Source: Okeania sp. (lineage in GTDB: Bacteria; Cyanobacteriota; Cyanobacteriia; Cyanobacteriales; Microcoleaceae). From it: a stretch of 32,000 bases of DNA. The stretch spans positions 353 through 32,352 of the forward strand of contig NZ_JAYKGW010000098.1 of assembly GCF_035285525.1 (NCBI RefSeq), given 5' to 3'. The translations under genes and the position numbers were made by a program. Each line of letters opens with the position of its first letter. The stretch's first letter is position 1. Below the pieces are notes generated by a model that was given only the letters and a program-made list of their open reading frames with translations, was not told where the DNA came from and searched no databases. This document shows positions 9,139 through 18,132 of the stretch, one piece after another.

Positions 9139-10341
9139 ATGGTAAGTCAATATCAAAAAAATCTATCAAAATTAAAATCCAGATTAAAATTTATTAGCTT
9201 AATGGGAACGCTAGCAATAAGTTTTAGTTTACCTAGTCCAGTTTTTGCCGCTTTCTTAACCAACTGGTTTTTTGATCCCGATAATAATCAACTTCAGTTT
9301 ACTCTCCCAACAGGTACGATTCCTACTTATCAGGTAGAAAGCAAACCTAATCGTTTAGTAGTTTATATTCCCAATACCGAAGTTAGTGTAAATGTAAATG
9401 AATTATATCCAGAACAGTTGGTGCGTCAAGTTAGTCTCTCTCAAGAAAAACCAACACAAGCAAAAGTGGTGATACATTTTGCTCCAGAGGTAGCTGTATC
9501 TTATCAACAAATAAAATTAGAACAGGTTAAACCCCAAGAAAATAGTTGGCAGTTACGTCTACTTGTAAATGAGGGAGAAATCTCAAAACCAAAAGAAAAT
9601 AATCAAGTTTTGACTCCACCAAAGTCAGAGCAACCAAGTCTTCCAGAAGAAAATAATCAAGTTTTGACTCCACTAAAGTCAGAGCAACCAAGTCTTCCAG
9701 AAGCAGATAAATTTATTCAACCTCCTCCACAACCTAAACCTGTAGAAGAAACAAACGATAGCGATACTAAATCAGTAGATGTAATTTCTTTTGGAGAACC
9801 TTTACCTGAAACTTCGGAAAAAAACAAATCTGAAGATAATGCTGATATTTTGCTTAAAGAAGGAAAGGTAATAAGTTTAATTTACCCTACTGGAAAACTG
9901 ACACTACCACAAGATGTTCAGATACAAGAAGTTTTACTTCTCAAAGAAGCGATCGCTGATCAATCTGGTAGAGTTATAGTACCAGCTAAAACGCCTGTTA
10001 TTGGTAGTTTTAATACTAAAACTCAGGGTAGTAAATTTACCGCTAGAGCTATATATTTGAATGGCAGTTTTATTTCTTTTGCTGCTGAATCTGAATTACT
10101 TCAAGGAAACCCTGATATTGATAAACAAGATTTAGCAGGTAGGAGTGTTGGTGGGGGACTAGCATTGTTACTTCTGACAGGTTCTGGTCTTGGTCTTTTG
10201 GCAGGAGCAGCACTGGGAGCTGGTAGTTTGGTTTTGACTGCCCCTCGTCAACCTGTCACTGTCGAAGCAAATCGTATTGTAGAAGTTCGTTTGGTTAAAG
10301 ATTTACCCCTCTCTAGATTTTATGATTTCAACAATAAATAG
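9139..10341 (+). CDS. AMIN-domain-like secreted/membrane-anchored protein
   Basis: N-terminal signal/TM (LMGTLAISFSLPSPVFA), then WFFDPDNNQLQFTL..NRLVVYIPNTEV, which resembles the AMIN domain. A Pro/Glu-rich linker has an 18-aa tandem duplication. The C-terminal part has a Gly-rich TM (GGGLALLLLTGSGLGLLAGAALGAG). Confidence 0.55.
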   Translation: MVSQYQKNLSKLKSRLKFISLMGTLAISFSLPSPVFAAFLTNWFFDPDNNQLQFTLPTGTIPTYQVESKPNRLVVYIPNTEVSVNVNELYPEQLVRQVSLSQEKPTQAKVVIHFAPEVAVSYQQIKLEQVKPQENSWQLRLLVNEGEISKPKENNQVLTPPKSEQPSLPEENNQVLTPLKSEQPSLPEADKFIQPPPQPKPVEETNDSDTKSVDVISFGEPLPETSEKNKSEDNADILLKEGKVISLIYPTGKLTLPQDVQIQEVLLLKEAIADQSGRVIVPAKTPVIGSFNTKTQGSKFTARAIYLNGSFISFAAESELLQGNPDIDKQDLAGRSVGGGLALLLLTGSGLGLLAGAALGAGSLVLTAPRQPVTVEANRIVEVRLVKDLPLSRFYDFNNK

Positions 10342-10366
10342 ATAATTAATAATTTATAATTGATAA

Positions 10367-10466
10367 TGGGCTTACGCAGCAACCGGGTTTATAGACGAAA
10401 CTTCTTCATTTTAACAAATAATTAGTACAATAGATCGGGTTTCTTGGTTGATTTGTCTAAGCCCTG
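10367..10466. mobile_element. MITE-like element (variant termini GGGCTTACGC / GTCTAAGCCCTG)
   Basis: Inverted termini plus the aaccgggtttat / atcgggtttcttgg interior, as in the 8982-9084 copy. Confidence 0.6.
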
Positions 10467-10548
10467 ACAGTCAGGAATCATAGAAAAGATAGTCAGAAAA
10501 ATCAAGGGATAATTCTTCTAACTATCTCCTCTAAATTTTTTGTTACAA

Positions 10549-10590
10549 CTGATAACTGATAACTGATAACTGATAACTGATGACTGAACA
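10549..10590. repeat. STRR-type heptamer run (CTGATAA)n
   Basis: Six consecutive heptamers; the last two are degenerate. Confidence 0.9.
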
Positions 10591-10602
10591 ACTCCCTATT
10601 TT

Positions 10603-11115
10603 CTAGAAATTGTTATTTTCAGGTGCAGTCATTCCCGGTCCTAATTGATTTTTCAAAAATAGGTTTTGAGCATTATTATTTTGATAAACACAGTCAACTT
10701 CTGGTTCATCATTAATATCTCCTGTATACCCAAAAGTATTCATCCGATTTTTACAATCACGAACTTGATCGTTGTTAAGTAAATTTCGTTGTTCTAGAAT
10801 TGTCCAATTATTTCTGCGGATGACACATCCTGGTTCCATACCTGGTTGAGATACATATACATTAAAAGGGTTTAAAGTCAAGAAAACGCGCATATTCATT
10901 ACCATAGCGCTCGCTCCAAACTGTACACAAAGTTCGGGGTTAGGTACGCTGCGATCTATAAATTCACGAGAAGCTACATTTTGTGGGGTAAAATTAGCAG
11001 TGGAGCTGAAGGCAATGCCAATACCAATACCTAAAATAAATACTCCTCCTAGAATTGCTAGAGTAGCATAATTGAATCTGGATGGTTGAGTCATGCTTTG
11101 ATTTCTACGTTTCAT
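10603..11115 (-). CDS. Conserved cyanobacterial membrane protein (DUF3172-like, family name from memory)
   Basis: 170-aa ORF with one N-terminal TM (LAILGGVFILGIGIGIAF) and a Cys-containing soluble domain. Codon usage looks coding. Confidence 0.6.
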   Translation of the reverse strand: MKRRNQSMTQPSRFNYATLAILGGVFILGIGIGIAFSSTANFTPQNVASREFIDRSVPNPELCVQFGASAMVMNMRVFLTLNPFNVYVSQPGMEPGCVIRRNNWTILEQRNLLNNDQVRDCKNRMNTFGYTGDINDEPEVDCVYQNNNAQNLFLKNQLGPGMTAPENNNF

Positions 11116-11320
11116 TTAAAAATATATATTATCTGAAATTATTTGAGCAAAAGCTACACACAAGTCAGAAGTTAGAGGTAATTCCTAACATATTCCCACT
11201 ATGATAAATTTTAGCAGGAAAATAATTTGTTTTGAGTAGGCAGAAGGAAGCATTAAAAGTACCTGTTTTGGTTAATGGTATAACTATAGTAATCCTGAAT
11301 AGTTTGTAAGATTTTATCTA

Positions 11321-11374
11321 ACGGGGTTTGGTTTTGAAATCCAAGCACTAGGGATTTGGAAACCAAACCCCTAC
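11321..11374. repeat. Dispersed hairpin repeat (GGGGTTTGG family)
   Basis: acggggtttggttttgaaatccaagcactagggatttggaaaccaaacccctac is a long perfect-ish stem. Confidence 0.7.
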
Positions 11375-11567
11375 AGTTTTTTCTCACAAATCATTTCTTA
11401 ATGGTTATACTCTAGCATTTTTTTAAGTCAAAAGTGACAATAAAAAAGTCAGATGACAAAAAAATAGAATTTTTTATCTAACTTCCGAGTCTAATATTAA
11501 GTTTTATGTTAACATATTTTAAGTATAAAATTAGCATTAGTTTGTTTAAGTAAGCGGGTATAAAACA

Positions 11568-11855
11568 TTGTCTGTAGAGATTATAGAAAAACCTACCACT
11601 TCCACAATCCGCAAACCTGCACCTCGTTATCGAGTTTTACTTCATAACGATGATTTTAACAGTATGGAATATGTAGTGCAGGTATTAATGAAGACTGTAC
11701 CGAGTTTGACTCAACCCCAAGCTGTAAGTATAATGATGGAAGCTCATTCTAATGGTATTGCATTAGTGATTGTATGCGCTTTAGAGCCAGCAGAGTTCTA
11801 CTGCGAAAATTTAAAAAATCATGGACTGACAAGTACCATAGAACCTGATGATTGA
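11568..11855 (+). CDS. clpS: ATP-dependent Clp protease adaptor ClpS
   Basis: TTG start. Contains ..PRYRVLLHNDDFNSMEYVVQVLMKTVPSLTQPQAVSIMMEAHSNGIALVIVC..EFYCENLKNHGLTSTIEPDD, the canonical ClpS core. Confidence 0.9.
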   Translation: MSVEIIEKPTTSTIRKPAPRYRVLLHNDDFNSMEYVVQVLMKTVPSLTQPQAVSIMMEAHSNGIALVIVCALEPAEFYCENLKNHGLTSTIEPDD

Positions 11856-11915
11856 TTTAATTTATAATAATAGAAACCGGGTTTCTCGACTGAGGAACTC
11901 GGTTTCTTGTTGTTA

Positions 11916-11960
11916 GGGTAGGAAGTAGGGAGTAGGGAGCAGGGAGTAGGGAGTAGGGAG
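11916..11960. repeat. STRR-type heptamer run (GGGAGTA)n
   Basis: gggtaggaagtagggagtagggagcagggagtagggagtagggag. Confidence 0.9.
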
Positions 11961-12083
11961 AAAGAATTAATTATTTTTGTGGGATAATTGATTTGATTTT
12001 TGATGATTGGAGATGTCTAATGATTACCTCTTCTTATAAAGAAGAGGATTGGCTAAAAGTAATTTTTTTTCTTTATTCGACGA

Positions 12084-12144
12084 GGTACTGATAACTGAAA
12101 TGGTACTGATAACTGAAATGGTACTGATAACTGATAACTGAAAT
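12084..12144. repeat. 18-nt tandem repeat (GGTACTGATAACTGAAAT) x3 abutting the CPBP start codon
   Basis: Units at 12084, 12102 and 12120; the last carries an extra heptamer. Confidence 0.9.
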
Positions 12145-12997
12145 GACATTTACTAAAATAGCAAAGTTTTCTGCTCTGGCAAGAATCGGAATTTTTATTT
12201 TAACATTGATTGTGATATGGATGCCATTGGCAATACCGATATATTTATTGGTGAAAGATATTAATCTAGAAAGCATTTTGACGATCACTATACTCTACTT
12301 TGAGTTTATTATTTTAGTTAGGTTATGGGGAAAGAATGTATATCAGGAACCTCGTCTATTACGTCGCTACGGTTTAGTAATAAATAAGCGGAATTTTCAA
12401 TTATTTTTCCAAGGTTTAGGTATAGGTTTATTTGGTTTATTTAGTCTGTTTATATTAGAGATATTTTTAGGGTGGTTAGTATGGCAATCACCGTCAGAAA
12501 AGTTTCTACAGTTTATTTTTGAAGGTTTGTTAGTTGCTGTTGGTATTGGTTTTGCAGAAGAGTTATTATTTCGGGGTTGGTTATTAGATGAATTAGAGAG
12601 AAATTATCACTCAAATGTAGTTTTATGGGTAAGTAGTATTGTTTATGCAGTGCTACATTTTATTAAACCTCTTGAGGAAATTTTACGAACTTGGCTACAA
12701 TTTCCGGGTTTAGTTTTATTAGGTTTAATATTTGTTTTGGCAAAACGTAGTAGTGAAAAAAAGTTAGATAAGACTAAGAATAAGAAACAAAAATTATTAG
12801 GTTTACCGATGGGTATTCATACTGGTTTAGTGTGGGGATATTATATTATTAATGTAGGTAGTTTAGTCAAATATTCTCAAGGAGTTGAAGAGTGGTTAGT
12901 TGGAATAGATGGTAATCCTTTGGCAAGTTTAATGGGGTTATTATTTTTAGGAGCGATCTCTCTCTGGATAGGTGTATCTAAATTAAGTGATAAGTAA
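12143..12997 (+). CDS. CPBP-family (CAAX/Abi) intramembrane metalloprotease
   Basis: Multi-TM protein with FAEELLFRGW and ..AVLHF motifs. Confidence 0.85.
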   Translation: MTFTKIAKFSALARIGIFILTLIVIWMPLAIPIYLLVKDINLESILTITILYFEFIILVRLWGKNVYQEPRLLRRYGLVINKRNFQLFFQGLGIGLFGLFSLFILEIFLGWLVWQSPSEKFLQFIFEGLLVAVGIGFAEELLFRGWLLDELERNYHSNVVLWVSSIVYAVLHFIKPLEEILRTWLQFPGLVLLGLIFVLAKRSSEKKLDKTKNKKQKLLGLPMGIHTGLVWGYYIINVGSLVKYSQGVEEWLVGIDGNPLASLMGLLFLGAISLWIGVSKLSDK

Positions 12998-13340
12998 TTA
13001 TATTCAAAAATCGGGAACACTCAAACACAAAAAAAAGTCATCTTTTAAGATGGGTGGTGGAGACTAGGTGGCGATCGCCAACTCCCCATAATGATCATAA
13101 TAATTATTATTAGTATGAAAATTGCTATGATTGATTTTTTCTATCTTTATGGTATGATATTTATTATTTATTCATTATTATTAAATAACCTTTACCAAAA
13201 AAAGAGGTATAAAGCCTCCCCTGGTTCGGGGATGAAAAAATTTTAACTCAGTATTTCAAGCCTCCGACTAAATTCGGAGGTTCACTCTCTACTGATAACT
13301 GATAACTGAAATGACTAACCAAAAAATAAGGTCTCAAGCC

Positions 13341-13503
13341 GTAAGCATTCAGCTATTAGCTATCAGCAACAAGACTCTGTTTTTAAAGCTATCCATTATA
13401 AAGTTTGATATTAAGAGAAATATTTATAAATATAGTATTAAAGATGAGATTTACATCTAAAAAAAAATAGCTGATAGCTGATGGCTGAGGGCTGAATGCT
13501 TAC
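13341..13503. mobile_element. Non-autonomous element with GTAAGCATTCAGC termini and 8-bp flanking direct repeat (IS66-like hallmarks)
   Basis: Left arm is gtaagcattcagctattagctatcagc. The revcomp of the right arm is gtaagcattcagccctcagccatcagctatcagc. Flanks are ctcaagcc (13333-13340) and ctcaaacc (13504-13511). Confidence 0.7.
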
Positions 13504-13724
13504 CTCAAACCTGCCCTTGACTGCACCACGAGCTGTCGCTCTAGAAAAGAATAAAAGAAACTTTAGTATTTAAAACCAGAGGCTTTCCTAGGTCATGCTG
13601 CGCCAACAGCGAGAGGTACTATAACTGATAACTGAAATGATAATATTTAGTCTTAAATCTGAACTTTATCAAGTATTTTTAGGAATTTTTCAGAAACAAC
13701 TCATTAATTAGATTAATAAAAAAA

Positions 13725-14147
13725 ATGCCAAATGATAAAACTAAAGAAATTCCTATATTAGCTGAGGAATTACCTTTACAAATTTTATTAGCAGAAGATA
13801 ATAGGGTTAACCAAAAAATTGTCCTAAATATTTTAAAAAAATTAGGCTATTCGGCAGATGCTGTTTCCAATGGCTTAGAAGTTTTAAATGCTTTGAAGCG
13901 TCAGAAATACGATATTATTTTAATGGATATGCAAATGCCAGTGATGGGTGGTTTAGAAGCAACAAAAAAAATTTATGAGCAGTTTTCACCTACAGAAATA
14001 CCTTATATTATTTCAGTTACTGGCAATGAGATAGAAAGTGATAAGCAATTATGTTTTGATGCGGGAATGAATGATTATTTAACTAAACCTATCGGGATTC
14101 AAGATTTGATTGAAGTATTACGAAAATATCAGGAGCAAATTAAATAA
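13725..14147 (+). CDS. Single-domain response regulator (receiver only)
   Basis: ILLAEDNRVNQKI..YDIILMDMQMPVMGGLEAT..TKP. This receiver type is the one usually fused to hybrid histidine kinases. Confidence 0.85.
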   Translation: MPNDKTKEIPILAEELPLQILLAEDNRVNQKIVLNILKKLGYSADAVSNGLEVLNALKRQKYDIILMDMQMPVMGGLEATKKIYEQFSPTEIPYIISVTGNEIESDKQLCFDAGMNDYLTKPIGIQDLIEVLRKYQEQIK

Positions 14148-14374
14148 CTAATACCAATTACCAAAAGTAATGCTATACTGAACGCCATATTGTAACAGTC
14201 AATAATTACCAAGATTAAAAGTCTTTGGCTTGACAATTATTAGTTGGTTAGTAATTATTTTTCCTGCTTTTCTTCTCCCCACACTTCCTACACTTCCCAG
14301 ACTTCCCCACCCCATCAGATATAGCATTCTTTTTGATAAATGGTATAAGTAAGTAGACGTTACCAAAGAATTAA

Positions 14375-14445
14375 TAATTAAATAATTAAATAATTAAATA
14401 ATTAAATAATTAAATAATTAAATAATTAAATAATTAAATAATTAG
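14375..14445. repeat. Octamer microsatellite (TAATTAAA) x8 plus a partial unit
   Basis: Units start every 8 nt from 14375 to 14439. Confidence 0.9.
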
Positions 14446-14589
14446 CACCTTGAAGCCTCCCCTTTCAAGGGGAAAAAGTGCCGAAAACGCCATTTCTAAT
14501 CTCCCCTTCAGAAATAAATTTTTTCTTTTTATTCAATCCCCTCCCTAAAAGGAAGAGGTAATTATCAATTATCCATTATTGAAAGCTAT

Positions 14590-14714
14590 CAGTAGTGCAT
14601 TGTTTCACCTAAAATGGTGCAATAGCTATAGGTTACAAAAATGTTTCTCCCCTATTCCCCTACTCCTCTACTTCCCTACTGCCTAATGCACCATTTTAGC
14701 TGTGTCAGTCCAGT
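14590..14714. mobile_element. MITE-like element with GTTTCA(G/C)CTAAAATGGTGCA-type TIRs
   Basis: An inverted copy lies at 20231-20355. The two share about 125 bp (cagtagtgcattgtttcacc...ctaatgcaccattttagctg..cagtccagt). Confidence 0.7.
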
Positions 14715-14791
14715 AGGGTGTACGCGAGATGTAAAGCGCATAACGCACAACGCACCGACACACTATATATAGTACCCTTGCGTAAGTCCCG
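14715..14791. mobile_element. Partial CAGGACTTAC-family element (right end only)
   Basis: ..cactatatatagtacccttgcgtaagtcccg. Confidence 0.5.
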
Positions 14792-15268
14792 ATCAATTAT
14801 CGATTATTGAAAGCACTTTCCGTTGCCAGTGAAGTACACCCCCTATACCGGCTTTCCGGCCCGCACAAACGGTGCGGCCCTGGGTGAAAGATTTTATAAG
14901 AAGAGATAATTATTAATTATTAATTGTTAATTATTAATTATTGAACGCTTTTTAGTATGGAGGTTTGGAGGCAATGGTCAATGGGCAAGAGTTTGGGAAT
15001 TTATTTCCAGTTTTTAAATTGTTACAACCTATTTAGGGTTTGCTGATTAAATATAAAAGCTTTTACAGACATAGGTTTCAACCTTTTTAACGCCTAAAAA
15101 AGTATCAGCTTTTAGGTCGCTCAGATTCAAAAAGAAGCGCATTTTGGGCGCATAGTTGGGTAAAAAAATGACTCCCCACTTCCCCATTTTCTGATAAAGA
15201 CTGTTTCAACAAACCCTATTTAGGATTTTTATGTGCTAACATTATCCGTAATCTCATAAATTTTAGTT

Positions 15269-16213
15269 ATGCCATCACCTGTAAAAAAGACTGCAAAAGC
15301 AGCACAAAACGTTAAACAAGCCAAAGCACTTAAACAAAAAGGTGCCATACCAGCAAAAAAAACTGCAAAAGTAGCAGAAAATATTAAGCAAGCCAAAGCA
15401 CTCCAAGCAAAAGGTTCCATTGAGGAAGCAATCCAAGAGTATAATAAAGCTCTCAAGCAAGCTCCTAAAAACTTTAAAGTTTTAAATCAGCTTGTGGTTC
15501 TCTATACCATGCAGAAAAATTGGCAAGAAGTGATTAACTATTGTTATCAGGTTATTGCTTTACGTCCTAAAAATGTCCCAGCATATTTGCGGTTGGCAAA
15601 GGCTTTGACAAAACAAAACAATTTGTATGGAGCTGTAGCTGCTTTCCAAAAGGCAATAGAATTAGATGCAAATGCTGTTAAAGCTACAAACTACAAACAA
15701 TATGGGGATATTCTCATTAAGCTAGGAACTGGAAAAACTCAAAAGATTCAAGCTAATGAAGCAGTTGCAGCTTACCAAAAAACAGTGGATTTGAATCCAA
15801 AAACACCTCCCTCAGTTTATTTGAAGTTAGCAAGCACTTTGGAAAAACAAAAAAGGTTTGAAGAGGCGATCGCTTCTTACAACAAACTCCTGGAGTTAAA
15901 ACCTGATCTTGGTAAAAAAATATATGTAAACTTGGGTACGGCCCAAATGAAACAAGGTTTGTTAGATGAGGCGATCGCTAGCTTTGAGAAAGCACTAGAG
16001 ATTAACCCTAATCAAGCAAATGCTTACGGAAGTTTGGGGACTGCTTACCGCAAGAAAGGTTTATTGGGCGATGCTATTGCTAATTATGAGAAGGCACTTG
16101 ATCTGAAACCAAATACACCTTCTTTGCACCGTATCATGGGCGATATCTTGACTAAACAAGGTCGTACTACAGAAGCAGCTCAACATTATGAGCAAGCAAA
16201 GTCAACTAAATAG
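15269..16213 (+). CDS. Tetratricopeptide (TPR) repeat protein
   Basis: Repeated A..Y.KAL.L.P motifs (e.g. EAIASYNKLLELKPD, EAIASFEKALEINPN, DAIANYEKALDLKPN). The N-terminus has a duplicated KKTAK..KQAKAL module. Confidence 0.8.
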   Translation: MPSPVKKTAKAAQNVKQAKALKQKGAIPAKKTAKVAENIKQAKALQAKGSIEEAIQEYNKALKQAPKNFKVLNQLVVLYTMQKNWQEVINYCYQVIALRPKNVPAYLRLAKALTKQNNLYGAVAAFQKAIELDANAVKATNYKQYGDILIKLGTGKTQKIQANEAVAAYQKTVDLNPKTPPSVYLKLASTLEKQKRFEEAIASYNKLLELKPDLGKKIYVNLGTAQMKQGLLDEAIASFEKALEINPNQANAYGSLGTAYRKKGLLGDAIANYEKALDLKPNTPSLHRIMGDILTKQGRTTEAAQHYEQAKSTK

Positions 16214-16243
16214 TTAATTGAGCTATAATAGGACTTTATCAAA

Positions 16244-16335
16244 CAGGACTTAGGCAACTGCAAGGTATTTTTGTCCGATACGACAACAGGAAGCAATCTC
16301 AAACCCCTGTTTTTGATACCTCATGGGTAAGTCCT
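16244..16335. mobile_element. MITE-like element, CAGGACTTA family (gcaactgcaaggtat subtype)
   Basis: Runs from caggacttaggcaactgcaagg to catgggtaagtcct. A truncated sibling lies at 20156-20233. Confidence 0.75.
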
Positions 16336-16390
16336 ATAAAAATAAGCTTTACAAATTTTATCGGAAATCAATTGTGAACTTTTTTTTCTA

Positions 16391-16581
16391 TAGGATTTAC
16401 CTATAAACGCTATTGGTAGGGTGTGTTTTCCGCCCTTGAGCGGACATGAAACGCTACGGGACATGAATGCGTAGCATCCCGTAGGGAAGCATTCGGTTTG
16501 CGTAGCATTTCGCAGGAAAGGAAAAAGCGTATCTCGTAACTGAGGAAGACTCTATATATAGTGCCTCCCGTGTAAGTCCTG
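16391..16581. mobile_element. MITE-like element, long subtype of the CAGGACTTAC family
   Basis: Runs from taggatttacctataaacgctattggtagggtgtgttttccgcccttgagcggacatg to ctatatatagtgcctcccgtgtaagtcctg. Confidence 0.7.
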
Positions 16582-16864
16582 TTCCATAAAAAAATTGTTT
16601 GGGTTATTTTTAGAAGAGTCCTATATGCAAAAAAAGCGATCGCTCTAGTGTATTACTACAGCGCTCGCTTTTATTATTGGGACTTGAGATTGGTATCAAA
16701 TCTCTTCCATAATATCATGTCCGGCAGTATCGGTGTAAAAAGAGGGTGGGAAGTGTGGGAAGATATAGTAAAGATGAAACATTTTTTTCTACCGAATTAA
16801 GCGGATTTGATATAACACACAAAATTAGCTGTGTTAGTCCAATAGTTAAAATAATTAGGATACT

Positions 16865-17830
16865 ATGATGGAAAAGCGAAGATTAGGCACATCTGAAATT
16901 AAAATTACTCCAATCATTATGGGGACATGGCAAGCAGGAAAAAAGATGTGGGTAGGTATTGAAGATTCTGAGGTTATTAAAGCAATTAGAGAAGCTTTTA
17001 ATGCAGGTATTACAACAGTTGATACTGCTGAAGTTTATGGAGATGGTTACTCAGAAAAAATTGTAGCTCAAGCATTGGGAAATGTGCGGGAACAAGTGGT
17101 TTTAGCTACTAAAGTTTTTGCTAATCATCTCAAATATGACCAAGTAATAGAGGCTTGTCATCGCTCTCTAAAAAATCTTAATACTGATTATATTGATCTG
17201 TATCAAATTCATTGGCCTTCTGGTTATTTTCATAGTGAAATTGTACCCATAGAAGAAACAATGAATGCTCTTAATAAACTGAAAGAAGATGGTAAAATTA
17301 GAGCAATTGGTGTTTCTAATTTCTCTAGTAAACAAATAGCAGAAGCTTGTCAATATGGTATAATTGATAGTCTGCAACCACCCTATTCTTTATTCTGGAG
17401 AATAATAGAAAAAGAAGAAATGCCTTACTGTGTTGAAAATAAGATTTCTATGATTGCTTATTCTTCTTTAGCACAGGGATTATTAACAGGTAAATTCGGA
17501 CTAGAACATAAATTTGCCGAAGGGGATCATCGCTCTAAAAATAGATTATTTGCTATTAAAGAAAATTACGAACGGGTACAAACAGCTTTACAAAAATTAC
17601 GCCCTATTGCAGAAAGAAAACAATGTACGATGGCTCAATTAGCGATCGCGTGGTTGATTGCTCAACCCCAGACAAATGCTATTGTGGGAGCGCGGAATGC
17701 AGAACAAGCTATTGCTAATGCTAAAGCTGCTGATGTTAAATTATCTGAGGATGAGTTGGCAGAAATTGATGCTATTGGGCAAATAGTTACGGAGCATTTA
17801 GACGATCGTCCTGTTATGTGGGATTTTTAA
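16865..17830 (+). CDS. Aldo/keto reductase
   Basis: DTAEVYGDG, LYQIHWP, IRAIGVSNF, and a C-terminal ..ARNAEQ.. motif. Confidence 0.9.
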   Translation: MMEKRRLGTSEIKITPIIMGTWQAGKKMWVGIEDSEVIKAIREAFNAGITTVDTAEVYGDGYSEKIVAQALGNVREQVVLATKVFANHLKYDQVIEACHRSLKNLNTDYIDLYQIHWPSGYFHSEIVPIEETMNALNKLKEDGKIRAIGVSNFSSKQIAEACQYGIIDSLQPPYSLFWRIIEKEEMPYCVENKISMIAYSSLAQGLLTGKFGLEHKFAEGDHRSKNRLFAIKENYERVQTALQKLRPIAERKQCTMAQLAIAWLIAQPQTNAIVGARNAEQAIANAKAADVKLSEDELAEIDAIGQIVTEHLDDRPVMWDF

Positions 17831-17895
17831 CAAGGTTTAACAGTTATTTAGCAGAAGTCCCGCACCATAATTTATTTGGTGTCGGGATGAATGCG

Positions 17896-18066
17896 TTATC
17901 TTTCTACCAATTTATCAACCTGTGACCGTTTGTCTTCTACATCATCTGGCAAATTATCTATGAAATCACTTATTACCTGAGTCATTGTTTTTTGTTTTTT
18001 GACTGCATATAATCTTAACTTATCTAATCTTTCTTTAGTCATTCGACAATGTAATGATTCTTTCAT
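17896..18066 (-). CDS. Ribbon-helix-helix (CopG/Arc/MetJ-like) small protein
   Basis: [39 protein letters not shown] fits a beta-strand/helix/turn/helix RHH pattern. ATG at 18066; the track's 18081 start is a TTG. Confidence 0.5.
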   Translation of the reverse strand: MKESLHCRMTKERLDKLRLYAVKKQKTMTQVISDFIDNLPDDVEDKRSQVDKLVER

Positions 18067-18132
18067 AGTTATATGTTGCAATTATGTATACATACTATTA
18101 TAATAGATATATGGTCGAAAGGGAAAAGAAAG

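Noticed and set aside
12073-12288. 71-aa minus-strand ORF
   Set aside because: It is antisense to the CPBP gene start and runs through the 18-nt tandem repeat (YQYHFSYQYHFSYQY).
15229-15460. Two minus-strand ORFs overlapping the TPR gene start
   Set aside because: They are antisense to the duplicated Lys/Ala-rich N-terminus of the TPR protein, an artefact of biased composition.
18073-18132. Upstream ATG (18073) given by the track as the tnpB start
   Set aside because: The extension [20 protein letters not shown] is not TnpB-like. [12 protein letters not shown] at 18133 matches the usual TnpB N-terminus and is preceded by a purine-rich stretch.
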